A DNA stretch of 64,000 nt from Spirochaetia bacterium. GTDB taxonomy: Bacteria; Spirochaetota; Spirochaetia; SZUA-6; Bin103. Below are positions 1 through 8,677 of the stretch, piece after piece. The stretch lies in NCBI GenBank assembly GCA_965199955.1, contig CBDATQ010000002.1, forward strand, positions 832,001 through 896,000, read 5' to 3'. Every line of letters starts with the position of its first letter. The stretch's first letter is position 1. The notes beneath the pieces are model-generated. The model saw only the letters and a program-made list of their open reading frames with translations. It was not told the DNA's origin and made no database searches. The translations under genes were made by a program, and so were the position numbers.

Positions 1-941
1 GCTACGACGGTCCGCGCATCGTCAACCGCAACTGGCTGGAGGGGTGGACCTCTCCGGACGGGCTGCGGTGGACGGTGATCGACGAGCCGCTGGCCGACAT
101 GCCGGCCGACGGCGGCATCGCGCCCGGCTACGACCCGGCGACCGGCTGCTACTTCGCCTTCGTGCGCCCCGGCGGCACCGGCCGCCGCAGCATCGGCATC
201 ACCAGGACGACGGACTTCCGCCGCTGGCCGCTGTCACGGCTGGTCCTCACCGCCGATCCGCAGGACCCGCCGGACACCTCGTTCTACGGCATGTACTACT
301 TCGCTTATCCCGGCCGGGCCGACCTGCACGCGGGCGTGGTGCAGGTCTACCACCAGATCGGCGACGACGGCGACGCGCAGCTCGCCTTCAGCCGCGACGG
401 CCTGTACTGGACGCGGCCGGAGCGGCGGCCGGCCATCCCGGTCGGGCCGCCAGGCAGCGACGAGGCCGGCATCGCCTGGCCGTGGGGCGTGGGGCTGATC
501 ACCCTGCCGGACGGCTGGTGGGCCGTGCCGTACGACGCCGGCTCCTGGCTGCACAACGCCGGCGACACGATGCCGCGCGCCAACGGCGTCATCCGCTGGG
601 CGCGCTGGCGCCCGCACCGGCTGGCCGGCTTCGACGCGGCGACCGAGGGCCGCTTCACCATCCCCACGATCACCCGCTCGGGAGGCCCCCTGCGCCTCAA
701 CTACCGCTGCCGTGCCGGCGGCTGGATCAGGGTCGAGCTGATCCGCTCGATTCCCTCCCGCTTGAACCCGGACGTGAGGGGCCTCGACGGCTACACGTTC
801 GAGGCGTGCGATCCCCTCACCGGCGACGAGGCCGACCGCGCGGTGACCTGGAACGGCAACGGCGACCTGGACGCCGCCGGCTCGACGGTGGTGATCCGCA
901 TCAGGATGTTCGCGGCCACGCTGTTCGCCTACCGGGTATGA
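1..941 (+). CDS. Beta-propeller glycosidase-like protein, subfamily A (5' end outside window)
   Basis: Frame is open from position 3 (YDGPRIVNRNWLEGWTSPDGLRW). Asp-box-like SxDGxxW motifs; C-terminal GWIRVEL..GYTFEACDPLTGD..W..IRIRM..ATLFAY domain shared with 13112, 14580 and 61004. Confidence 0.7.
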   Translation, partial: YDGPRIVNRNWLEGWTSPDGLRWTVIDEPLADMPADGGIAPGYDPATGCYFAFVRPGGTGRRSIGITRTTDFRRWPLSRLVLTADPQDPPDTSFYGMYYFAYPGRADLHAGVVQVYHQIGDDGDAQLAFSRDGLYWTRPERRPAIPVGPPGSDEAGIAWPWGVGLITLPDGWWAVPYDAGSWLHNAGDTMPRANGVIRWARWRPHRLAGFDAATEGRFTIPTITRSGGPLRLNYRCRAGGWIRVELIRSIPSRLNPDVRGLDGYTFEACDPLTGDEADRAVTWNGNGDLDAAGSTVVIRIRMFAATLFAYRV

Positions 942-2107
942 GCCGCGTCCTGATCCGGCACGACGCACCCGAAGCCGCCGAGCTGCTCGCGGACGACCCC
1001 GACCTGCAGCCGACGCTGGCGCCGGGCGAGTTCGACGAGCGCTTCCTGGCGCTGCATCGGCAGCTCTTCCGCACCGGCGAACCGGACTTCTACGAGGTCA
1101 CCAGGCACGTCTACCGCCCGCCGGCGCCGTACCACATCGCCGATCACCAGTTCCTGTGGGACGGGAGCCGCTGGCACCTCTTGTACGTGACCGGCGACAT
1201 CAGCCGGATCGACGCCTACCGCCGGCACATGGAGGCGGGCCGGCTGGACGAGGCGGCGGCCGAGAGCCCGGAGGTCGGGATCGGCCATGCCAGGGGGGAC
1301 CGCCTCGGCGCGCTGGCCTTCCACCGCAACCTGCTGCTGCCGTCGCAGGGCGACTTCGACAAGGTGACGCGCGGCGTGCCGTTCTGCTTCCGCCACGAGG
1401 GACGCTGGGGGATGCTCTACGAGGTCCGCGGTGAGGGCGGCGACCATCAGAGCCTGGCGTGGTCGGACGACGTGGAGGAGTGGAGGCAGGATGACGACAA
1501 CCCCGCGTTCGGGCTGCCGTCGTGGGGGCCGGACCCGGGCGGAGCGGCGCAGGACGTCTGCGTGCTGCGCCGGCCCGGCGGGCTGTACCTGATCTTCTTC
1601 AAGTCGCGGGCTGGCGCCGGCCAGGTCGCCGTCGGCCTCAACGCCACCCGCGACTTCCGAACCTTCGTGGAGCTCGGGCCGGTGTTCCGAACGCCGCCGA
1701 TGCTGCGCGGCACCATCGGCCTCGAGTCGCCGTGCGTGATCGAGCGCGACGGCATGTGGCACCTGTTCTTCACGCTCGGGCCGGGAACGTGGCACGCGGT
1801 CAGCGACCGGCCGACCGGGTTCCTGCAGGGCGGCACCTACTGGCGCGTGGGGACCGGCAGCTACCTGCTGGGCCACTTCCACGCCGCCGAGGTGTTCAAC
1901 CGCGACGGCCGCTGGTTCCTGTCGACCACGCGCAAGGAGCAGTCGCGGCTGGAAAACCGCCGGCAGGGACGGCTCTGCTATCGGGGTACCTATGAGGACG
2001 AGATCGTCCTGGAGGAAGGGGTGTTCCTGACCGAAGTCGAGTGGGACGGCGATCAGCCGTTGTTGGCGAAACCCCACCTGGCCAAATCCGATCTGGAGGG
2101 CATATGA
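938..2107 (+). CDS. Five-bladed beta-propeller glycoside hydrolase-like protein, subfamily B (GH32/43/117-like fold)
   Basis: ATG at 938 overlaps upstream stop (ATGA). Motifs ADHQF..WHLLY, QDVCV, GLESPCV..WHLFF. Paralog of 55518-56672. Confidence 0.7.
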   Translation: MSRVLIRHDAPEAAELLADDPDLQPTLAPGEFDERFLALHRQLFRTGEPDFYEVTRHVYRPPAPYHIADHQFLWDGSRWHLLYVTGDISRIDAYRRHMEAGRLDEAAAESPEVGIGHARGDRLGALAFHRNLLLPSQGDFDKVTRGVPFCFRHEGRWGMLYEVRGEGGDHQSLAWSDDVEEWRQDDDNPAFGLPSWGPDPGGAAQDVCVLRRPGGLYLIFFKSRAGAGQVAVGLNATRDFRTFVELGPVFRTPPMLRGTIGLESPCVIERDGMWHLFFTLGPGTWHAVSDRPTGFLQGGTYWRVGTGSYLLGHFHAAEVFNRDGRWFLSTTRKEQSRLENRRQGRLCYRGTYEDEIVLEEGVFLTEVEWDGDQPLLAKPHLAKSDLEGI

Positions 2108-2580
2108 GCACGGTGGCAACGGGCCTCTGGCACTTCAGCTACACGGTCCGCGACCTGGACCGCAGCATCGACTTCTACTGCCGGCTGATCGGCATGGAGC
2201 TCGTCCACCGGCAACGGGGCGCCAACCCTTACACGGCGCGCCTGGTGGCGTACGCGGATGCGGACATCGACGTGGCGATGCTGCGCATCCCCGACTGCCC
2301 GGTGGACGTGAGCGGCCACCACCTGGAGCTGGTGCAGTACCTCCATCCGGCCGGCGCGCCCATCGACACCGCCACCAACCGTCCGGGCGTCGCCCACATG
2401 GCGTTCATGGTCGACGATATCCACGCGATGTACGACCGGCTGATCGACGAGGGGGTGCGCTTCAAGGGCGAGCCGGTGGCGATCGAGGAGGGCCGCAACA
2501 CGGGTGGCTTCGCCGTCTACTTCAACGACTTCGACGGCATCCCGCTGGAACTGCTGCAGCCTCCGCCGCACGCACGGTGA
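2104..2580 (+). CDS. VOC/glyoxalase superfamily protein
   Basis: HFSYTVRDLDRSIDFY, LELVQY, HMAFMVDDI, YFNDFDGIPLELLQ; ATGA overlap with upstream gene. Confidence 0.9.
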   Translation: MSTVATGLWHFSYTVRDLDRSIDFYCRLIGMELVHRQRGANPYTARLVAYADADIDVAMLRIPDCPVDVSGHHLELVQYLHPAGAPIDTATNRPGVAHMAFMVDDIHAMYDRLIDEGVRFKGEPVAIEEGRNTGGFAVYFNDFDGIPLELLQPPPHAR

Positions 2581-2619
2581 GTTCCCGCCGGCTCCGAACC
2601 GCCCTGCTGGGAGCCCTGC

Positions 2620-2960
2620 CGGGCGACAGCGGGACGCCGCGACCGTGAGCGGCCGTCCGCGGGACCTGTACGCGGGCGCCGGCCGCGACGGCGTGATTCC
2701 GCCGGTCGAAGGGAGCCCGTCGCCGGCTGGCCGGCGGAATGGCAGCGGCAACTTCTCGATCTGATTGGCCTGTGGGTGAGCGTCATGCCGCCGGCGGCTG
2801 CCGAACGCAGGATGGCGGAGATCGAAGCGGAGCTGGCCGAAGTGCGCTTCGCGTGGAACGGACGGACCGACGGGTCGGGCTCCATCTACTACCGCATCCA
2901 GGGCCCGACGCTGCTCATCGAGTTCTCGACCCGTGGCTCGCTCGGCGCCGCGGGCGGTCA
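2620..2960 (+). pseudogene. Internal fragment of a DUF3500-like gene, frameshifted near 2716
   Basis: YAGAGRDGVIPPVEGS, then after a frame change QLLDLIGLWVSVMP..RFAWNG..YYRIQGPTLLIEF. No start codon or proper end. Confidence 0.6.
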
Positions 2961-3093
2961 CGCGGAAGCGGCGGAACAGAAGGGAGGTGACGCGGTCGTC
3001 GGAGTCTCCGTCGACTACGAAGCCTTCAGCCACGGCGAGATGACGCTCATGCGGATGGTCACGGCCACCGGGACTACGGTCTCCACCGACTGA
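2961..3093 (+). pseudogene. C-terminal fragment of a YbjQ/UPF0145-like gene
   Basis: AEQKGGDAVVGVSVDYE..MRMVTATGTTV resembles the YbjQ C-terminal signature. Confidence 0.55.
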
Positions 3094-3095
3094 GC

Positions 3096-3300
3096 CAGAG
3101 AGCCTCCGAAAGGACCCGCGCGTCAAGTTCTGCGTCATATATCGAGACCTGCCTCCGGGAGATGGTGGGGAAACTTCGCCGTGTCGAGGACTACGCCGCC
3201 TGCTCTGCGCTGGTGGCGTATGCCTGGGTTCCGCTCGGAGGCCCTGCCGGGATTCGCCGGGCTCACGCCCGATCGGCTGGTGCGCGAGGGCAAGGCGATC
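3096..3300 (+). pseudogene. Degraded Xre/MbcA/ParS-type (DUF2384-like) antitoxin
   Basis: LREMVGKLRRVEDYA..ALVAYAW, then after a frame change FRSEALPGFAGLTPDRLVREGKA. Confidence 0.55.
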
Positions 3301-3417
3301 GGGGACGATGCCCCGCGGCGACCGATGCCGACTGCCCTGTCCCGGATGGGAATGGGACATGCAGGGCGGATCGGTCCCGGCTTCTCAGGCGTCGGCCGAC
3401 CGGTTGTTCACGGCCCG

Positions 3418-4356
3418 TTACGTGGCAAGCCGTGCGGCAAAGTAGCGTCGCAGGTCGGGGTTCAGGTCGGCCGTGAGCGAATCGTCCCAGGAGTCCCGGT
3501 ACGTTGCCGTGAACCGCTCGAAGGTCTCGCGCGCTGTCGGGGTAGCGTCCTCGAGGTAAGTCGGATCGTCGAACCACGGCTGGTAGCTGGCGACGTAGCC
3601 GCCGAGCCCATTCATGTCCTCGCGCGTGGCGGGCCGCGGGCGCGACGCCGTCCCCCAGGTAACGGCGATGGTGCGGCGCCGCTTGCGCCGGCTGTAGAGG
3701 CCGCGGTGGATGGAGTTGACGTGGAAGAACGCCAGGTCGCCGGCCTGCAGCCGGATCGGCTCCCTGCCGGGCATGACGTCCGACCAGCAGTCGTTGACGC
3801 GCACCTCGTACTCCTCCGGAGTGTCCCAGCGGCTGTGGGAGCCGGGGACGATCTCGGTCGCTGCCGAGTCGCACAGGCAGATGTGCATGTGCACCTCCCG
3901 CGCCGGCACCGCCTCGCTCAGGATGATGCGCTCGGTGTCCGCGTCCGGACGCAGGTCGAACTTGTCGTACTGGCAGTCGCGGTGCCAGCCGCCCACCCAC
4001 GACTCCCGCGGCGGCTCGACGCAGAGGTTGCACTGCATGAACAGCGGCGGCTCGGCCAGGATCGCCGTGGCGATCGCGATCGCCTCCTCGCCTGCCACGG
4101 CGTTCAGAAGGGTTGCCGGGTCCGCCGGCCGCTCCTGGTGGTAGTCGGGGTGGTTGAGGTGAATGAGCATGCGCGCCCGGGCCGAGTAGTTGCGGCCGCT
4201 CGGCTGGTTGTCTTCGGTCCCCGTCGTGACGAAGCGGGCGAGCGCGCCCTCGCAGATCCGTCGCAGCTCGCGCACCTGACCGGCATACGCGCCGCGGACG
4301 ACCACGTACCCCTCCTCGGCAAAGCGGGCGCCGAGCGCGTCCGCATCGACAGACAT
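3418..4356 (-). CDS. PhyH-family (phytanoyl-CoA dioxygenase-like) Fe(II)/2OG dioxygenase
   Basis: F.EEGYVVV, WHRD, IVPGSH, AGDLAFFH..IHRG. Confidence 0.85.
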   Translation of the reverse strand: MSVDADALGARFAEEGYVVVRGAYAGQVRELRRICEGALARFVTTGTEDNQPSGRNYSARARMLIHLNHPDYHQERPADPATLLNAVAGEEAIAIATAILAEPPLFMQCNLCVEPPRESWVGGWHRDCQYDKFDLRPDADTERIILSEAVPAREVHMHICLCDSAATEIVPGSHSRWDTPEEYEVRVNDCWSDVMPGREPIRLQAGDLAFFHVNSIHRGLYSRRKRRRTIAVTWGTASRPRPATREDMNGLGGYVASYQPWFDDPTYLEDATPTARETFERFTATYRDSWDDSLTADLNPDLRRYFAARLAT

Positions 4357-4363
4357 GGATGCG

Positions 4364-4801
4364 CTATGGGTGCCGGTGGTAGGTCAAGGTGACCGTGAAG
4401 CCCTCATCGATCTGCGATTCGAGCTCCAACTCGATGTCACTCTTGAATTCGTACGTGAGCCGGGAGGGAGCGAGCCTGCTGGAGTTGGGTGTCAGGATCA
4501 GAGTCCCGTCCTTGTAGTCATAGGTGCCGTGGATCTCGATGCGGACTCTTGCCGCGCCGCTTGCAGACTCGATGTAGATGTAGCTGTAGTCTCTCTCGAA
4601 CTCGTACTCGAGCGAGAGTCGGCCACCGCCAGTCAATGGGAACTCGGCATGCCACTCGCCCACGAAGGGATTCCGGGGCACGGAGCCCGAAACGTAGACC
4701 CGGCAGCCGGACAGCGAAGTCAGGGCAAGCAGCGTGGCGCATAGCGCCGCCAGAGCGACGACGCCGATCCGGGAGCGTCGCCTGCGACCGTGTGCGTTCA
4801 T
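4364..4801 (-). CDS. Hypothetical lipoprotein
   Basis: Basic N-terminus, hydrophobic stretch and lipobox LSGC; GAGGA upstream of ATG 4801; beta-rich mature part. Confidence 0.6.
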   Translation of the reverse strand: MNAHGRRRRSRIGVVALAALCATLLALTSLSGCRVYVSGSVPRNPFVGEWHAEFPLTGGGRLSLEYEFERDYSYIYIESASGAARVRIEIHGTYDYKDGTLILTPNSSRLAPSRLTYEFKSDIELELESQIDEGFTVTLTYHRHP

Positions 4802-5122
4802 GTCCTCATGCTGATCAGCCATCGGCAGGGAGTCTATCCCGGCAGGCTTCTGCGTGCGAGAGGTGCACTGGCGCGGACCCTGCGGTGACGACTCATGCGG
4901 CGTGATCGGCTTGAGCGCGCGCATGCTCAAGCGCTCGTCCCACGGCCGCGACCGGAAGCTGTCTACGCTGCGGGCGTTCGTGGAGGAGTACCCGTGGACC
5001 GCGAGGGCAGTGGATCACCGGATCCGCCGAGCGTGACGTCGGCGGCGTCCGCATCGTGCCGTGGCAGAGCTCTCCTGGGCCGGCGAGATCGTCGCCTGAT
5101 CGCGTCGTGCTATCCTCGAGCG

Positions 5123-5467
5123 GTGAACCTGGACACGGCCAAGGCGATCTTCGCCCGTCACGGGGACAAGTTCATCACGGCCTACGTGTTCGGCTCGGTC
5201 GCGGCCGGCACGGCCGACGAGCATAGCGACATCGATGTCATTCTGGTGCGTGACACCGCGCTGCCGTTCTTCGATCGCGTCCGCGAGATCATGGATCTTC
5301 GACTCGAGTTGGGGGCGGCAGACCTGCTCATCTACAATCCCGCCGAGCTGAACGAGATGCTCGCGGAGGACGGCCGGCACTTCTTCAAGCATGCCGTCCA
5401 AACAGGACACCGAATTGAAGGAACCCAGCCGAGAAGCCGATCGGTGGCTCAAGCAAGCCGAGAGTGA
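5123..5467 (+). CDS. Minimal nucleotidyltransferase (MNT) antitoxin
   Basis: FGSVAAGTADEHSDIDV (GS-x10-DxD); GTG start 6 nt after TATCCT. Confidence 0.85.
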   Translation: MNLDTAKAIFARHGDKFITAYVFGSVAAGTADEHSDIDVILVRDTALPFFDRVREIMDLRLELGAADLLIYNPAELNEMLAEDGRHFFKHAVQTGHRIEGTQPRSRSVAQASRE

Positions 5468-5891
5468 CCTCGCCTACGCCGAGCTCGGCCTGCGCGAGCG
5501 GTTCTTCGCGCAGGTGTGCTTCCAGTGCCAGCAGGTGTGCGAGAAAGCGATCAAGGCCCTTCGCTACGGGCGCGGTGAGCGAGCTGTTCTCGGTCACGCG
5601 CTGGTAGAGCTGGCGGCCCCGCTGGAGGTGATGGCAAGGTTCAGCGAGAATCTGGCGGTCCTTGATCAGTACTACGTGCCGACCAGGTATCCGAACGGAT
5701 TGCCGGGCGGCATTCCCGCCGACGTCTATACACGGTCCCAGGCGACGAAGGCGGTGGAAATCGCTCGCGAGGTCGTAGCGGCGGTGGGCGCGGAACTGGG
5801 ACCGGAAACAGACGATCGCGATGCGGGCGCGCCGTCGGACGGCGATGCGGAAGGCAGTCTCGATCGGTCAGAAGGTGACGCCGAAGCGTAG
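5415..5891 (+). CDS. HEPN domain protein (partner of the MNT)
   Basis: WLKQAESDL, CFQCQQVCEKAIKA, GHAL, YVPTRYPNG; overlaps the MNT 3' end; TTG start inferred. Confidence 0.85.
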   Translation: MKEPSREADRWLKQAESDLAYAELGLRERFFAQVCFQCQQVCEKAIKALRYGRGERAVLGHALVELAAPLEVMARFSENLAVLDQYYVPTRYPNGLPGGIPADVYTRSQATKAVEIAREVVAAVGAELGPETDDRDAGAPSDGDAEGSLDRSEGDAEA

Positions 5892-5924
5892 GTGTTCAAG
5901 CTCGGCACGTCGTGGATCGTCAGG

Positions 5925-6686
5925 TCAGGGCGCAGCCGGTGGGCCGAGCCGATTGAAGCCCATGGTGTCGGTGCCGTGGATGATCTGCAGGGCATGGTCC
6001 GGGGAGTCGTACTCCAGGACCTTGACGATGGGGATGATCGCCCGCACCGCCAGCCCGATGCGGCGCAGATCTGAGCGGTTGGCCTCCGAGTGGTGCAGGG
6101 TGCGTTCGTTGAACAGGATGAACTCGCCGGGCTTCATCTCCAGATCGGTCAGGTCGCCGGGGTCGTAGCAGCCGGCATCGGCCATCACCTTGAACTGCAT
6201 GTCGGGCGTCGCCTCGACATGCGGGACGATGGTGCGGTGCGATCCGGGAATCACCTGCAGGTTGCCGTTCTGCCGGGTGGAAGGATCCACGGCGATCCAG
6301 GCGGAGATGATGACCGGCGGCTCCAGCGGCCAGTAGTGGAAGTCCTGGTGCCAGGGGATCGCCTTGCTGTCCCGGTTCTTGACAAAGAAGTTGGTGCGCC
6401 ACAACAGCAGGTCGGGCCCGTACAGCGCAACCATGCGCTCGACGATCGCCGGATCGGTAGCCAGGTCGTACACCGCGCGGCTGTCGAGGTGACGGTTGTG
6501 GACACGGTTGTGCGACGCCGGCGGATCGGTTTCCAGAACCCGCTCGATGGCTGGCCGCATCGCGGCCATTTCGTCTGGCGAGCACAGGGTGTAGGGCCCG
6601 AGGTATCCGTCGCGGCGAAACCGCTCCATCTCCGCGGCGGAGAGCACCGCGGGCGCGGAAACCGACGTCCGGTCAAGTGGCTTCAT
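5925..6686 (-). CDS. PhyH-family dioxygenase
   Basis: FRRDGYLGP, PWHQD, ISAWIAVD, VIPGSH, TLHHS. Confidence 0.9.
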   Translation of the reverse strand: MKPLDRTSVSAPAVLSAAEMERFRRDGYLGPYTLCSPDEMAAMRPAIERVLETDPPASHNRVHNRHLDSRAVYDLATDPAIVERMVALYGPDLLLWRTNFFVKNRDSKAIPWHQDFHYWPLEPPVIISAWIAVDPSTRQNGNLQVIPGSHRTIVPHVEATPDMQFKVMADAGCYDPGDLTDLEMKPGEFILFNERTLHHSEANRSDLRRIGLAVRAIIPIVKVLEYDSPDHALQIIHGTDTMGFNRLGPPAAP

Positions 6687-6692
6687 GCGGGT

Positions 6693-7709
6693 TCAGAGCG
6701 GCGTTACGGTGATCAGGCGCTCCTCGCCTTGCGCCGCGAGCGGGTTGCGAAGGGGCCGGGCGAAGAGGGGGGATTCGATCTCGAATGTGTCGCCGGTCTG
6801 GGGATCGATGCCGTGGGCGCAGCTCAGGATGGGGGCGCCGAGGAAGTGGCAGTGGACGTCGCCGGGGAGGCGAAACAGGTCGTACTTGAACAGGTGGTGC
6901 TCCATGTTGGCCAGGGTGTGGGTCATGTTGGCCTCGCCGGTCATGAAGGCGGCCTGCCAGAGCACGGCGCCATCGCGGCGCACGCGCACCTCGCCCTGGA
7001 CGGAGTCGGGCAGCGGGCCGAGCAGCAGCTCGGGGCCTATCGAGCAGGCACGCAACTTGGAATGCGCGAGGTACAGGTAGTTCTGGCGCTCGATGACGTG
7101 GTCGGCGAACTCGTTGCCGAGCGCGAAGCCGACGCGGCGCGGGCGGCCGTGGCGGCCGATCAGATAGACGCCGACCGCCTCCGCCTCCTCGCCGCCGTCG
7201 CCCGCGAATCCCGGCAGCGGCAGTTCGTGCTCCGGCGGGATGAGGATGCTGCCGTCGCCCTTGTAGAACCACTCGGGGGCAGCGCCGATGGTACCGGGCG
7301 CCGGCTTGCCGCCCCGCACCCCAAGCCGGAACATGCGGATCGAGTCGGTCACACTCTCGTCGTCGGCATCGTCCCTGGAGCCCGACCCGCCGTGCATGGC
7401 GTCGCGCGCCATGGCGCTGCCGGTGTGGTTGAGGCCGGTGCCGGAGATCACCAGGTGGGCGGGGTCAGGGTGGTCGATCGGCGGGAGCAGGCGCCGCTCG
7501 TCGACCAGCGCCTGGTAGTCGACGCGGGTGGCGCGGTCACGGCCGGCCACGAGGTCGACGAGCGCCCGGCCGGTCGTGTCAGCTTCGTGGGCCAGCTCCA
7601 GAATCGAGGCGACGCCGGCGAGCTCGTCGATCCGGTCGCGGCCGGCGACCACGCCGACGCGGCGCCGACCGGACGCGGTCACGTACTGAACGAGGCGCGG
7701 GATACTCAC
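6693..7709 (-). CDS. araD1: AraD1/GguC-family protein (fumarylacetoacetate hydrolase superfamily)
   Basis: DHPDPAHLVISGTGLNH.GSA..RDAMH, TDSIRMF..GGKP, PEWFYKGDG, EEAE, GNEFADH, YLAHSKLR; GTG at 7709 overlaps upstream stop. Confidence 0.85.
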   Translation of the reverse strand: MSIPRLVQYVTASGRRRVGVVAGRDRIDELAGVASILELAHEADTTGRALVDLVAGRDRATRVDYQALVDERRLLPPIDHPDPAHLVISGTGLNHTGSAMARDAMHGGSGSRDDADDESVTDSIRMFRLGVRGGKPAPGTIGAAPEWFYKGDGSILIPPEHELPLPGFAGDGGEEAEAVGVYLIGRHGRPRRVGFALGNEFADHVIERQNYLYLAHSKLRACSIGPELLLGPLPDSVQGEVRVRRDGAVLWQAAFMTGEANMTHTLANMEHHLFKYDLFRLPGDVHCHFLGAPILSCAHGIDPQTGDTFEIESPLFARPLRNPLAAQGEERLITVTPL

Positions 7710-8677
7710 AGCCGCTGCACCTCGCCGGTGCGGATGGCCCGGTCGGCGGCCAGCACGATGCGCGTGGCCTGGATGCCGTCGGTGGCGTCGAGCTCGGGGG
7801 CGCGCCCGGCGCGCAGCGCGGTGATGAACTCGCGGTTCTCCAGCAGGAAGCCCTCCTCGGTCTCGACCCGCTCCGACCATTGGCGCTCGCCGTCGTTGAA
7901 CGTGGCGGCCTTGAAGCGGTCGTGGAGTTGCACGCTGCGGCCGCCGCCGAACAGCTCCAGGAAGAACTTGCTGGTCATGTGGCCCAGGGCCGCGTCGCCC
8001 TGAATCCAGCTCGCCACGGCGCCGGAGGCGAAGCGGATCGAGGCCACGCACTGGTCGATGCGAGGATGGCCGGGGTGGGTCATGGCGCCGCCGGCCGCCC
8101 ACAGCAGCTCCGGCTCGCTGCGCGCCATCCAGCGGATCACGTCGGTGGTGTGGCAGCCCTGGCTGTAGACGTTGGCGCCGCCGCGCACCGGGTCCTGCGC
8201 CCAGGCGTCGTCGCGCCAGCGGCTGTCCATCATCTGGCCCACGATCACCTGCGGCTCCGGGATGAACTCCCGCGCCTTTTGCAGCAGCGGGTAGTAGCGC
8301 ATCTTGAACGCCGGCATCAGCCACACACCGGCCTCCTCGACCGCGGCGGCCACCGCCTCGCACTCCTCGACCGACAGCGACAGCGGCTTCTCGATCAGGA
8401 TGTGCTTGCCGGCCCGTGCCGCCTCGATGGCCAGCGGCGCGTGCGAGTCGTGGTGGGTGCAGATGTAGACGGCGTCAAGGCCGGGGTCGGCAAGCAGCCG
8501 CGCGATGTCGTCGGTCGCGTAGCCGCCGTGCTCGGCCGCAAGCCGCTCCGCCGCGGCCGGCACCACGTCGGCGAAGGCCGTGAAGCGGGAGCCGCCCGCC
8601 TCCCGCACGCAGTCCGCGTGCACGGCGCCCAGGCTGCCGCAGCCGATCAGGCCGAAGCGCAGGTCGCGGGCGCTCAT
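7706..8677 (-). CDS. Gfo/Idh/MocA-family oxidoreductase
   Basis: GLIGCGSLG, DAVYICT, GKHILIEKP, GCHTTD. Confidence 0.9.
   Translation of the reverse strand: MSARDLRFGLIGCGSLGAVHADCVREAGGSRFTAFADVVPAAAERLAAEHGGYATDDIARLLADPGLDAVYICTHHDSHAPLAIEAARAGKHILIEKPLSLSVEECEAVAAAVEEAGVWLMPAFKMRYYPLLQKAREFIPEPQVIVGQMMDSRWRDDAWAQDPVRGGANVYSQGCHTTDVIRWMARSEPELLWAAGGAMTHPGHPRIDQCVASIRFASGAVASWIQGDAALGHMTSKFFLELFGGGRSVQLHDRFKAATFNDGERQWSERVETEEGFLLENREFITALRAGRAPELDATDGIQATRIVLAADRAIRTGEVQRL

Noticed and set aside
44..937. N-terminal ~300 aa of the 687-aa ORF 44-2107
   Set aside because: Arg-rich shadow frame over the real gene <1-941; the real start is ATG 938.
4854..5036. RKLSTLRAFVE peptide resembling an XRE antitoxin relic
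   Set aside because: Too short to support a call.
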